Under the pieces are notes generated by a model. The model was not told the DNA's origin, ran no database searches, and saw only the letters and a program-made list of their open reading frames with translations. This document shows, piece after piece, positions 29,561 to 41,570 of a stretch of DNA of 64,000 bases. The DNA lies in NCBI RefSeq assembly GCF_009914755.1, contig NC_060932.1; one strand, written 5' to 3'. The stretch comes from the human T2T-CHM13v2.0 reference genome, Homo sapiens. Each line of letters starts with the position of its first letter. The stretch's first letter is position 1. The position numbers and the translations under genes were made by a program.

Positions 29561-30976
29561 TTTCCTTTAAGCTCTATGAGGCAATTAAAATGATACTCTA
29601 ATATCTTGTCTAAAATTTTTAGCTACTAATTTCCAGGAGGTTGTCAGGCTTCTTATTGCCAGAAATGAAGGGTTTTGGACCCTATTTTTCAGAAGCTTCA
29701 TAAGTATTTTTTTGACATTCTGTCCCTTAGGATGTTAAAAACTGGAACTTTCCCTCATTCAGCCTGTGTTGTTCCATCACATCAAAAAAGCTCTTAATTT
29801 CATCTTGTCTCTCCCAGACATCTCCAAAGAATTCACATTTATATCTAAATTCTTCTCTTTTTCTTCTTGTAATGGTTCATGCTAATACATTGTACCAGCA
29901 ATGGAATGATGATAAAGTGGCTACTGTGGGGTGTACTTCCTTGAAAACAGACATTAACTTTAAGGATCAGGTCCCCCAAAGGAAAGAGAGTTTCTTAGAC
30001 CTTTGGAAAACATGATGACAATCAGCCTCTTCTGCTAAACTATCACCCACAAAACATCAGGGAACTTCTCTGGCTTTTATCAAGAATAAAGCCAATGATA
30101 CTAACAGCCTTTATTTGCCAATGGCTGCCTTTTTCTTTTCTTTCTTTCTTTCTTTTTTTTTTTTTAAGGTAAAAAATATCTTCAGCTAATATTTGTTGAG
30201 CACGTCCCAGGACATGGCACTGTGTTAAGTATTTCTTTATGCACTGTGTCATTGTATTCTGACAATGACTCTAACATAGGTGTAACTATTACCTCTCTTC
30301 AAGGGAAGCTCTAAACGTTTGGGGTTCTAGCAGGGCCGGGCTAAGGCTGGGTGAAAAAGAAAGGCAACAGACTCTCCAAGTTACCTCAGCATAAAACTCT
30401 ACCTCTTCTCACCGGTCCCTTCCTCTGGCTTCCTGCGAGGTCGTGCAGTGCTTTTGTTTTTGATTTCTAGCTACCTAATCAATAACTCTGCGGCCTTGGG
30501 CTAGGAAGATACTTCACTTCTCTGGACCTCAATTTCCTCACCTGCCAGCTCTAAGATTCTCTCTGGTCTCCCACCACCCCACACACAGTGGGGTCAAGAC
30601 CGCCAATCAGCTGAGAAAGTCAATGTCCCCCGCTCCTGTTCAAGCTCCATTTCTGTAGGAGTTTCTAAAACCCTGCCTCAGGATTTTAAAAGCTCCTCCT
30701 GGAATTCTGAAAGGAGCGGTAGCAGTGCCTCCCCATTTCCTTATGTGCTGTTCTGACAGTGCTTGTCCAGTCATATGGTGGGTCAAAGATGGGATCGATA
30801 TGAAATAATCTTTCCCCGGGCTTCCGTCTGGCTCAGGCTGGGGCCAGCCATGGACCACACAGGCTGGAGAACGGCATGGAGCATGGCAGTTCACTGCTGG
30901 CCCCTGCCGGCTCTTCTTCTGGGGCTGGGAACCACTGACAGGAGCTGCAGTCCTCAGGCTCACCTTGGTCCACCAA

Positions 30977-31120
30977 TTTTTTTTTTCTTTTTTTTTTTTT
31001 GTTTGAGATGGAGTCTTGCTCTGTCGCCCAGGCTGGAGTGCAGTGGCGTGATTTCACCTCATTGCAACCTCCGCCTCCCGGATTCAAGCAATTCTCCCTG
31101 CCTCAGCCTCTCGAGTAGCT
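30977..31120 (-). mobile_element. Truncated Alu (right arm)
   Basis: Flanking direct repeat GCTCAC(C/T)TTGGTCCA. Confidence 0.9.
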
Positions 31121-33299
31121 CACTTTGGTCCATCCTTTAGAGAAGAGGCAGAAAGATGGAGAAACACAAAATTGGGATTCACTGGGTGTTCTCTCAGTAA
31201 ACGACAGCCCTATGGTGTCGAGACTATCATTGTCCCCATACTGCACATGGAAAACTGGCCCAAATCACCGAGGAGGTAGGGCCTGGAGCTGGGATGTGGA
31301 TTCTCATCTGTCTCGGCTCTGAGACCCATGCTTGTTCTCTCACAGGGTGTCGCGTCTACAGCAGAAGGGGCCAAGGAGCCACACAAAACCAGCACCGTTT
31401 CAGCATTGCCCAGAAGGCATCCGCTGTCTCCCCCAAACATCCATGGCTCATCTGCTTAGGGGTTCTCAAAATGTTAACTGATGGTCCGGCCTTTTAAAAA
31501 TTCCCTTAAGAGAGTAAACATAGTCAGGTGCCAGTTGCTGAGTCGAGATCTTGCCCTACAAGCAGATTGGCTGAGGAGTCCGGAGGGATCCTCATGAAGG
31601 GGGAGCAGGAAACAGAACAAAGAGGAAGGTGGAGCAACAGGGTAGGCAGAAAGAGCCCCTCCACTCTTCATTTACCTGGGAGGGAATAATTTAGCCCAAA
31701 GTTTCTGTCTGTGGCAAACCTAGAACTAGAATCCAGGTCTCCTGCCTCCCAGGCCAGCAGTCCCACACCACATAGCGTTTTGCCAGCGTGCTGGCTCCTT
31801 TATTGGACAGGGAACTCTCTTGCTAATCTTCTAGTTGTAGACAAATGACTAGTAAGGAATTTGTAATGAACGCCATCTTTTCCTGTCCCCCGGCAGCTCC
31901 ATCATTTCGAAGAAAAAATATATATATTAAACAGAGAAGCAAATCCCACAAAAATGAAGTTCCCATCATTTAGAAAAAAATTTCTTCCTGCTTTTTCTAT
32001 CCCTTGTGTTCTGTTGTTTACTATCAACTCAGGGTATCTGCCCAGGCACCAAAAACCAGGGAACATCTTTGCCAAGCAGGGCGTCTTGCCTTACCAGCCC
32101 GGCTTTAGGGGAGACTGGAAACAGGATTATCATCCAGAAATACATTCATCCTGATTTACAGCCTGCCACCCCAAGAATTTCTCCGGGCAATGTGCCCCCA
32201 AACGGGCTGCTAAGTCCTCAATTTCCCAACCTCCCTTTTCCGCCCCAACCCAGGTGGCCAAACGCTGTGACTGTTAGGATGCTGTTTAAATGCAGAATGC
32301 TATTATCACTATATATCATTCCGATCGGCTTTCTAGGTCGTACTGAGGATATCAGAATGATGCAAGGCAACATTTTTATTATTTAGGATACAGTATACTA
32401 AGTTTATGTTGATTACTCTGAGTATCATCTTTGAAAGATAACTAGCATTAAAGTGTTGATAATGTTCCACTTTTGCAATCATATTTGCATAGTGTACAAC
32501 AGAGTTTAGCAGGAAAAAAACGATCTTAAGTGATGTTTTTCATCTGCTCTGTCAGCCTCACCCTGCTTATTTCAACTTGGTACATGAGGCAGGACAAATA
32601 CTTAGCATCCTTTATATCAGCTTTACATTATATAATGTTATTCTTGTTCCTTCTGGGAAGACTTCAGCATGCAGTTGTAATGGAAAAAGGAGAGTCTTTG
32701 GGGCCAGTTATATCTGGATCCCAATGCCAGCTTCTGCACTTGAGAAAGTCACCTCTTTGTAACATGGGGTTAGTGTGGATCTGAGATTGTAGATAATATA
32801 AGAAAAACATCTAACTAGCCCTGTGGCTGGCATGGAGCTGCCATACAGTGGCCCTTTGTCTTACGTACAATGTTTTTAAATGCCTAGTTACCGCACTTTG
32901 AAATTAAAGATTGAAAGTAAGCCAATGTTCCCCACACTGTACTTCCAGCTGACGACACTCTCGCCTCCCAGCAGAGTTATATATGCAGATAATCTGTTTG
33001 ATGCTGCTGAACACAGAAGGGACACTGATTTTATTTTATGAACAATAGTTAAATGTCTCCTGAGTGTCGGCTACTGGGAAATAAATATTCTAGATTTCAT
33101 CTCTTCATTCATTCATTACAAACAAGCTATCCTGCAAACGACCCCCTCATTCTTCCTTTTTCCTTTTTCCATCTCCTTTTTTTTTTCTGTTACAATCCCC
33201 CAGGCCTACCACAGTCTTTTTGCCCAATTAGATGCTATTTTTCTTTTTTGTCTTGTCACCACCTAATGTCCAAATTTATTTAAATCATCCTCAGACACA

Positions 33300-33500
33300 A
33301 ACCTACAAGATCTGAGTCACATTTGAGGGGTTTTTTCCCCCTTCTAACTTGTCAGCTGCCTCATTTATGATTGACAAGATTTCCATTTCAGTCATCGCTA
33401 CTAATTCTGCTTCAAATCTGTATATTTAATGAACACACCAATCGGCACTTCATTATTAGTCAAGGCCATTTTGTCAAGTGTAATCCTCTGATTTTATAAT
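33300..33500. promoter_or_regulatory. Candidate neural enhancer (PBX/MEIS, E-box, homeodomain and AP-1 motifs)
   Basis: TGAGTCA 33313, TGTCAGCTG 33350, TTTATGATTGACAA 33364-33377 and TAATCC 33481 in repeat-free DNA. Confidence 0.4.
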
Positions 33501-36500
33501 GTATAGTACATGGTAGCTGCTTCTAAATGAAATTCAAAGAAAGCCTTGTCCAGTTTGCATTATAACAATATCTGGCATCTGAATACGAGCACTCCATCCT
33601 CTGCATGGTCTCATGCTTTATGCATATAGAACATCGTTTTCATGCTCCCATCAGACTCAAACACAAGCAAGTCTTTTCTCCTTGTAAAGGTATGTTGAAT
33701 TGTATATCTCTGCACAAAGAGGAAAAGAAAAGCAGTTTGCCTGCACCAAAACACAGTCCAAGTTCTCTAAGGCAAACACAATCTGACACATGCTAAAAAT
33801 TGCCTGAAGCACTGGTGAGTTATAGTTCGCCTCCCTGGGGCAGATAATTCATTAAGAAATAGCCTCATGCCCTATGTAGCAACTGAACAAAAATATTTAC
33901 TTGTGGTAATATCAGATGATAAGGGTAACAGGGTTCCTTTCGGAACAAGGAGGGGAGAGGGAACCCCTGCAGTAGATGCCCATCATGAGCATTGCAAATG
34001 AATCATTAGCCTTCATCCTGCAATCTAGGTCAGGATGGGCGCTAAAGAGGAGGGCTTTTAAATCTGCTGCAGGACTCAGGTTGAATCTGCTTAGGTGAAA
34101 ACACAGAAAGCATTCAGTTATGCTGTGCCGGGCGCACTGAGGGGAATAGAAAAATGCTTTCACCTGATAGAAAGACCTTTTCCTGACCCAGAGGGTAATC
34201 AGAAATAAAGATGGCGATACTTTCAGATGAATGCCACTTAAATGCATGCGCCCACACACACACACTCTCTCTCTCTCTCTCTCTTTCTCTCTGTCTCTAC
34301 TTTTCTCAAAGCTTTCCATGTTCAACTTTTCAGACCCTGAACACAATGTCTGCCAGATAGATTTTAAAAGGGAGGCAATATCTTCCAGACTCAGAAACGT
34401 GGATTCTGTTGAAAAACAATAGAATCACACACTGTTCGTGTTGAAAGGGACTTTAGAAATCATTTACTCATGTTGAGGAAGAGGATAGAAAACAAGGAAA
34501 GTGACTTACTTGCACAAGATCACACACGTGTCCGAGACCACAGCTTATTTTTCTTTTGGGTCTTTTAAAAAATATATTCCTTTTTTGTGCAATATGAATA
34601 ATTTATTAAGTAATCCAGAAACAAAACAAATTGACGTGGTGACTGTCACCTGATAGACTGAATTTGTGTCGCAGACTCTTGCCCCCAAAATGACTGTGAA
34701 AGAACACTATGTTTTCCATAGCTGTGTCTTGGGCTGGGGGAGTCCTTCCTCAGAACCCCAGTCCTAGCTTTAACGTGATTATTTTCTAGACACGTTGTGG
34801 CTCTTAAGTCACTGGGTCAAAGGCTCTGACACTTCTGTGTGGCTCTTGCCCTATCCATCCAGGGTCACAAGAGGTTGGCTGGGTGTGTTTTCCTAAATAC
34901 CTCCTGAAATATTGCTAAAACTAGAGACATTTAAATAGAAAAAAACTCAAATTTCAAAATTCAACCCAAGCTAAACACTACATGAACACACTAGGGTCCA
35001 CTATTTGTTTTATTTGCCAAAATCTTTAGGAAGCTTTTCATGTTCAAATACATGAGGAAAAAATACATACTGGCAAGAAATGAAGAGACTCAGGTTTTGC
35101 TCTTAACTTCACCACTGAAATTGCTACAAACCACCCACATGATCTCTAGAAGCTCTTTTTCCGTCTCTCTGGGCCCTGCTCTACTCTTTTATAGTAGTAA
35201 GGGGGGCACCAAATGATCTCCAGGGTTCCATCATTAGTTATGCTATGCAAATAATACCTCCAAAATTGTTTTTTTAAAGACACAGTAACTGCAGAACTCT
35301 CTGTAGCTATTTCCAAAAACGTGAACTGACATTCAAGGAACACAAAAACACTTCAGTACCTGCTACTGTACATAAAGGTTTCAAATGAGGGAGTTTCAAT
35401 ATTGAAAGAATTTTCCAAAACAATGTTGACTGACTTGGACTAAAAGCTTATGTATCTAACCATCTAACCACTATTTTCCCCTCATTTCACTTTCCAGATT
35501 GATTTGTGAGAGTTTTTTTCTCTCTCTTTTTCTCTGTCTCCCTTATTTTTAAAACATTTGTTAAGGCCTGGAGAGACTGCAAGGGGTTATGCACAAACAG
35601 ATAAGTAAGAACAAGCCCGGTCTTATCTAGACTGAGCATTGCACTAGGAACAGAGTTTTGTATCCCGCTTCTCCAGCCACCACCACTGAAAGGTTATAGA
35701 ATATTCTATTTCAGGACACCTTTAAAAACGAGAAGCGCATTTAAAAGTACTGCAGAATGTTATTTTGATTTCTGCCACAGAATGAATCACTCCTCCTGAA
35801 TGCAAACACCAGCAAAGAATGCGTTAGAGGATCCGCCATCATATTAAAAATTAAATCCGGCCGCATTTCATAATGGGCTTTCCTTTTTAAAGCACGGTTT
35901 CATCTTCTCACCATGGAAATTACACTCTGATGGCTGTTCTTTATGGTTAACACAGGCATCGGCTGAGGTCAGAACCCTGCTTCTCTGAACAGGGAACCAC
36001 AAATGTCACTGACACATGGTACGCTTGGCAAATAATATATTTCTTTCCTGTGTCTTCAGTTTGTCTAACGTCATGCTTGTGGTAAGCTAAAGAGAGTTTA
36101 TTTCTCGGGTTGTCCTTCCTTCCTTTGGTGGGACCAGCGGGAGGCACGCAATATACAATGAATTCAAAAGTGCATCTCTTTTGATTTTTGTTGTTGTCTT
36201 TATTTTAACCTCCAAGAAGTGAGAGATTTAACTCAGTCTTCACCCCAGGCTAAGCTAATACTTAGGTCATGTCTGAGCTCTCTGGGGAACCCTCGCTTTA
36301 TACCATCGGAAGGGCAATGATGTCTTTTCACGTGGAGCAGCACAGCTGTCCGGCCATATGGGCCCCAAACAGCCCAGTCAATCGGATTTGGGGAGGTTTT
36401 ACAATATAATTTCTTAACATGTTAGTATTTGGGGTGAGTTTGATCAGGAGCATAGACTACTCTTAAGCCCAAAGGTTTAGGTTTTAAGAAGCCATCACAA

Positions 36501-39355
36501 ATGTCCCAGCATCCGATCAGGCTGGTTAAAAAGAGATATGAAATCCGTGACTGGGGGAGGGGAAAGGACTTCTGACCCCCTGGTTGGAGCAAGCCCCAGG
36601 GGTATGCTCTAACTATTAATTCAGCATCAGCTGCTTTTTTTTTTTTTTTTTTTTTTTTGTCTTTTTCTTTTCTTTTTTAACCCGGGGCTCATCATTTAAG
36701 GCGTTCCCACTCAGGCCTGCAGAGCCTGTTACAAAACCATTCTCTCCTCCCCTCCCCCCATGCCGCAAGATGAGCGGCAAATACCCTGCATTGCAGCAAC
36801 GGCGAGGAGGGACTGCCAGAAACCGTCCTCAATCTAAACAAAACCAGGCCTTTAAGAAACACTACGGAAAAGGGAGCAGCAGCGTGTCCTACTGTCCTTC
36901 AGTCCAGGCCAACTCGGGTCACGGCCCCATCCCTCCATATACAAGGAGTTCCGAAACTATCTGCGAAAGGAATTCTTAGTGAATAGGAAACAAATTGTCC
37001 TGAAGCTAAAAACCCTTATCAAAATGGTGGGAGTCTTGAACCAAGCCACTGCCAGTGTAGTTTTTCCACCACAAAAGTATTTTAGTTTGAGGGAAACGTT
37101 ATCAGAATGGTAAGTTTTTCCCTGAAAGACAGCCCAAATGATGGCTTTTTCCAATCAGGCATGGTCTTCAGAAATTAAACATCAGTTGCAGGCAATGGTT
37201 TATTTCTTATTTTTCTTCTTCTTTTTTCTTCTTCTCCTCCTCTTCCCCCTCCTCCTCCTCTTCCTCTTTTTTCCTTCTCTCTCTGATTAAACCAAAGCTT
37301 TCTGCTTCTTGAAATTCACAAAAACTGCTTCTTTTCTAAGCTTCTAGTGGTGCATTGTTGGAAGCAAAGGCTAGTGCTGAAAGGGTTTGAGATCGCCATT
37401 CTACTTATATTGGGACAAACACCCAATAATTGACAAGAGCCGAAATGGCCTCGAAGCGAGAAGGGCCTCGCCCGGGTCACCCTTCGTGCAGCCACTCCTG
37501 CTGGGTGGGCGCCTCTGCTGCGACCCTCGCGGGCTGTGTGGTTTCAGCAGGGCTGCTTTTAGCTGGCGGGGCTTGTTCTCCCCATCTCTAGTTGCCCTGA
37601 ATCCAGCAGTGCCCAAGAAACACTTAGACCTCTCTCTCTCTCTCCCTCTCTCCCTCACTCACTCTCTTTTAAGTCATCAGAGAAGAAAAGCCGGAGTAGG
37701 GGAAGCAGATGGGCCCTGCGTGTGCGTGAACCGCGCGGGTCAGGGCTGCCCCTCGTGGCTGAGGCACTGACCCCTTGGAAAGTCCGAAGGTTTCTCATGG
37801 CAGGCGTTGGGTTATGGTTGGGGGGCTGGGGCGGGGGGTCGTCTTTAGTTTGGCTCTTATAGGCGGATTCATTCTGAGTCATTCCTGAAGGCCAAGCTCA
37901 CCCTGTGCTCCCGGAAAGACACAAACACCGCCACGGCCACCACAACAAAAGGCGCCTCCCCGAAGTAGGTCTGATGTCCGCGGGACGGGTGGGCCCGTCG
38001 TGGAGCGCACTTCTGCGCCTCTAATCTCGGGCGTCCATCTGGCCCGGGCGCGCTGGAGGGCTCCGGGAGGGGCGGGGCCGCGCGCCTCCCAGACGCGGGC
38101 ACGCGCGCCGGCTCTCCTTCATGTTCACCTTGACTGCGGGGGGGCGGGGGATGGGGCGATCGTCCCCCTCTCCCCGACTCCTCTCCCAACCCCCCGCAGC
38201 TGTCCTGCCCAGACGCCCGCCCAGGCGGGGTGGGGGAGGCTGCACCGGCGCTCAGGTCGCCGCAGCGGCCCGGCAGCCGCCGCAGTGATGTCAACCGCAT
38301 CCGCCGCAGTCCCCGGCAGCCCTAAAACGCGCCGCGGCCCGCGGAAACCCCAGCCCGGCTCCTCCCGCCAGGGCCGAGGAGGAGAGGACGCGCGGGTCCC
38401 CGGAGTCCCCCACTCCGTCTGCCTAAGCCGTGGAGACCGGGAGTGGACGCACGGCGGTGCCTGGACCCCCGGGGAGGAGGAAGAAGAGGAGAGGGAAGGG
38501 AGCTGTGGAGTCAGGTGTCGATTTGACGCCCGCGGCCGCCGAGGGGACTCTGCCCGGCACTGGTGCCGCCTGGGGGGCGTTCAGGGAGCGTGGGGCGCCG
38601 ACCGCTGCAGATGCGGCGGCGCGCGTGGGCTCGGGCAGGCGCCCCCTTTTCCCGGGATAGAAACGGATAAACGGAAGCGCGTGTGAGTGTGGGGGTGCGA
38701 ATCGCCACCTCCGGCCTTGGCTTTCCCGCTCTTCCGAGCTCTCCCACTTCTCACTTTCCCCAAATCCGCATTTTCCTTGGCACAGCTCTCCCCGAGCACG
38801 AAGGAGAGGGAGGTACCCGGGGGCAGTGAGAATGACGTGTGCTGGTGCAGAGGGGGTGGGGGTCTGCGGGCCTGGATCTGTGGACGGGCTCCTAATCCTC
38901 TTGTTTTCGGAACCGTCAGCAGATGCGGCTTCCTTTACCTGAATAATCCTTTAAAGGAGTAATAATTTTTAAAAAGGAGCTCGACCTCAGCCAAAGAGGA
39001 CGGCGCACGAGATTAGGGCTTGGTAAGGAAAAATTAAAAGGCTCCCAATTCTCTCTGTCCCTCTCTGCCTTCCCCTCTACCCCTCCCCCTCCCTCCTCCA
39101 CCCTCCCCTCCCCTCCCCCTTCTTCCTCATCCCCTGCAATCCGCGCTCGACGCGAGTTCACGCGAAGGGCTGGATTTCCAGGCGGCTCCGCAACTTGCGC
39201 GGCGCGGTGTTATTATTCATCCGAGGGTGCTGCCTCCTCAACCTTTGCCTCCTGCGCCGCTCTCCTTCCCCCGGCCGCCGCCGCCAGCAGTGCAGTCCCT
39301 CCGGCACGCATGCTCTGGTTCACCAAGAGGGAGACTGATTTTTTTTAAATCATGC

Positions 39356-39388
<33 letters not shown>
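39356..39388 (+). repeat. (TCA)11 microsatellite
   Basis: Counted directly. Confidence 0.97.
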
Positions 39389-40664
39389 CGTTCCTTATCA
39401 TGGTTATCATTTCCTCCTGCCAGGTGGAGCGACCACCAGCGCCGGCTCGCCTCCTGCGCCTTCCCCAGCGAAGGCAGCAAGCAGTTCGGGCTTGGCCGTG
39501 GCGGCCGCTCCCAGGATGCTTCCTGCACCTCCAGCATCCCCCCCCTTATTCATCTGCCTGTGTATTATCTCGATCCTTTTCATTTCAGTAGATCCACTGC
39601 CTTTGGTTGGGCCGGCTGAATCGCTGGGGACTGCGGCCAGTCTCTTAAAAAAGGAGAACAAAAAGCCGAAGACCTTGTGTGGCCGCCGGGACAAAGCACC
39701 TTGGGTTCGGCGAGAAGGGACGCGCAGGAGCGCTGAACCCAGAACACGCGTGGCCGCTGCGGAAGGGCGTCCGCCCGGCGTGCGGAACGCTGAGGGTATT
39801 CGGATTGTCTTTTATTTGTCCCTGTGGCTTGCTTTCACAGTGTCTACGTAGGAGAGGGGTCGGGGTTGTTGGGGTCTCTTTTTTTTTCTGGGAGGGGTAG
39901 CTGAATTGTGGGAGACCTAGGTGGACTTGACTTGGCTTTCCTGCTACTCTGCGTCTCCTTCTCAAGATGCGGGGGTTGGAAAGGGGACAGGGGACTCAAG
40001 GCTTAGAAAAGAGAAGGAGCCCTCTGCTGCCTGGAGGGCTAAGGGAGTAGAGAGTGGAGATGGAGGTGAGTAGGGATGGGCCAGCCCGAAGAGCACTGAG
40101 GAGGAGAAGGGGTCTTCTCCTCCCTCGGGTCCAGTGGATGAGTTTTGCTGGGAATGAGAATTCGGGTGTCTGTCGATAGGAGCGCTGAGAAATTGATGAG
40201 AAATTGACATGTCCGTGCACATGCATGAGGCGGCGACAGGATTTGTGTGTAAACAGTGTGGAGAGGTGGAGGAGGGCATGGGGGTGGGGGCTTAAAATGA
40301 TGTCTTATTGTCCTTTTGGCTTTAGGGACTCTCATCCTCTGTCTCGCCCCCTTTTTTTGACCCGGGGATCCAGCCGCATTATACACGAGTGACCTTTTAA
40401 ATCTACGTCCACCCTTTACCTGGTAAAGCCCGCTGACAGTTGGGGGTGGGGTGGGGAGAGTGTAGGGGTGCTCTCTCCCTCTCTCCCTCCCTCCGCCTCT
40501 CCTCCCTCCCTCCCCCCTGCACTCCTCTCTCTTCCTCCCTCCCACCTCCCTCGCTCCCGCCCTCCCTGCTGCATTTTGCATGAGCTATCTAGGTCATTAG
40601 CATTTTAGCGTATGCAAGACTTGACAAAGCTGATGAGGGGCCAGATGGGCCTCGCTCTTATGGT

Positions 40665-40691
40665 TTTTTTTTCTTCTTCTTCTTCTTCTTC

Positions 40692-40728
<37 letters not shown>

Positions 40729-40752
40729 TCGTCTCTCTTCCTTTCCCCCCTC
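40665..40752 (+). repeat. (TTC)n/(CT)n microsatellite in the promoter region
   Basis: Seen directly. Confidence 0.95.
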
Positions 40753-41382
40753 CACCACTTGGGACCTGAGCGAGAGGACTGCAGCAGGCGAGTTCCGGAA
40801 GGCTGAATCCCCAGGTCCCAGCCCCGGACCGCGGCAACTCGCCCCTGCGGCACGCCCGGCCCGGCTGCGCCCCCACTCAGCGATGGAGGTAAAGAGGCGG
40901 CGGCCGCGCGCCCTGCCCCGGCTGCCGCTGCCGAGTCCCCGCTGCTCTCCTTGTCCTTCGCTCTCTTCTTCCTCCTCCTAGTCCCCTTCAGTTTCCTGGG
41001 CGAAGCAGAGGGCGACATGGGTGGGTGGGTTGCTGCGCTGGGGCGAGGTGGGGTCGATGTTGTTTTTTCATTGTCTGGAGCTGCAGGGGAGGCGAGGCGC
41101 GGGGAAAGGGGCGAGGGGAGCCGGGGTAATTAACACGGGGGAGGCACCCCTCCGTCTCCCACTTCCACCCACACCCCCATCCCTCCACCCCCTCCGCTTT
41201 GCAGGAAAAAGCCTGGATGCGAAAGGATGGGGGAGAACAAAGAGCCTTTGGAAGACGTCGCTGTTATCTCATTGTCTGTGTGATTGGGGGAGCTGCGGCG
41301 GGGAGGATGCTGTGGTCCCTTCCTCCGGCGTTCCCCACCCCCATCCCTCTCCCCGCTGTCAGTGCGCACGCACACGCGCCGC

Positions 41383-41480
41383 TTTTTATTTCTTTTTCCT
41401 GGTTTTCTTATTCCATCTTCTACCCACCCCTCTTCCTTTCTTTCACCTTTCCTTCCTTCCTTCCTCCTTTCCTTCCTCAG
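41383..41480 (+). promoter_or_regulatory. CU-rich polypyrimidine tract plus 3' splice acceptor abutting the miRNA basal stem
   Basis: About 95 nt of nearly pure C/T (TCTT, TTCC repeats) ending in CCTCAG|G. The AG is at 41479-41480, 5 nt before the hairpin. Confidence 0.8.
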
Positions 41481-41485
41481 GAGAA

Positions 41486-41570
41486 AGGCCTCTCTCTCCG
41501 TGTTCACAGCGGACCTTGATTTAAATGTCCATACAATTAAGGCACGCGGTGAATGCCAAGAATGGGGCTG
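41486..41570 (+). ncRNA. MIR124-1: pre-miR-124-1 stem-loop (5p arm 41499-41520; mature miR-124-3p 41538-41559)
   Basis: The 85 nt AGGCCTCTCTCTCCGTGTTCACAGCGGACCTTGATTTAAATGTCCATACAATTAAGGCACGCGGTGAATGCCAAGAATGGGGCTG match the miR-124-1 precursor as I recall it. The arms pair, the 3p arm is TAAGGCACGCGGTGAATGCC, and the loop and flanks are those of paralog -1. A CNNC motif (CACC, 41577-41580) sits about 18 nt after the 3' cut. Confidence 0.98.
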
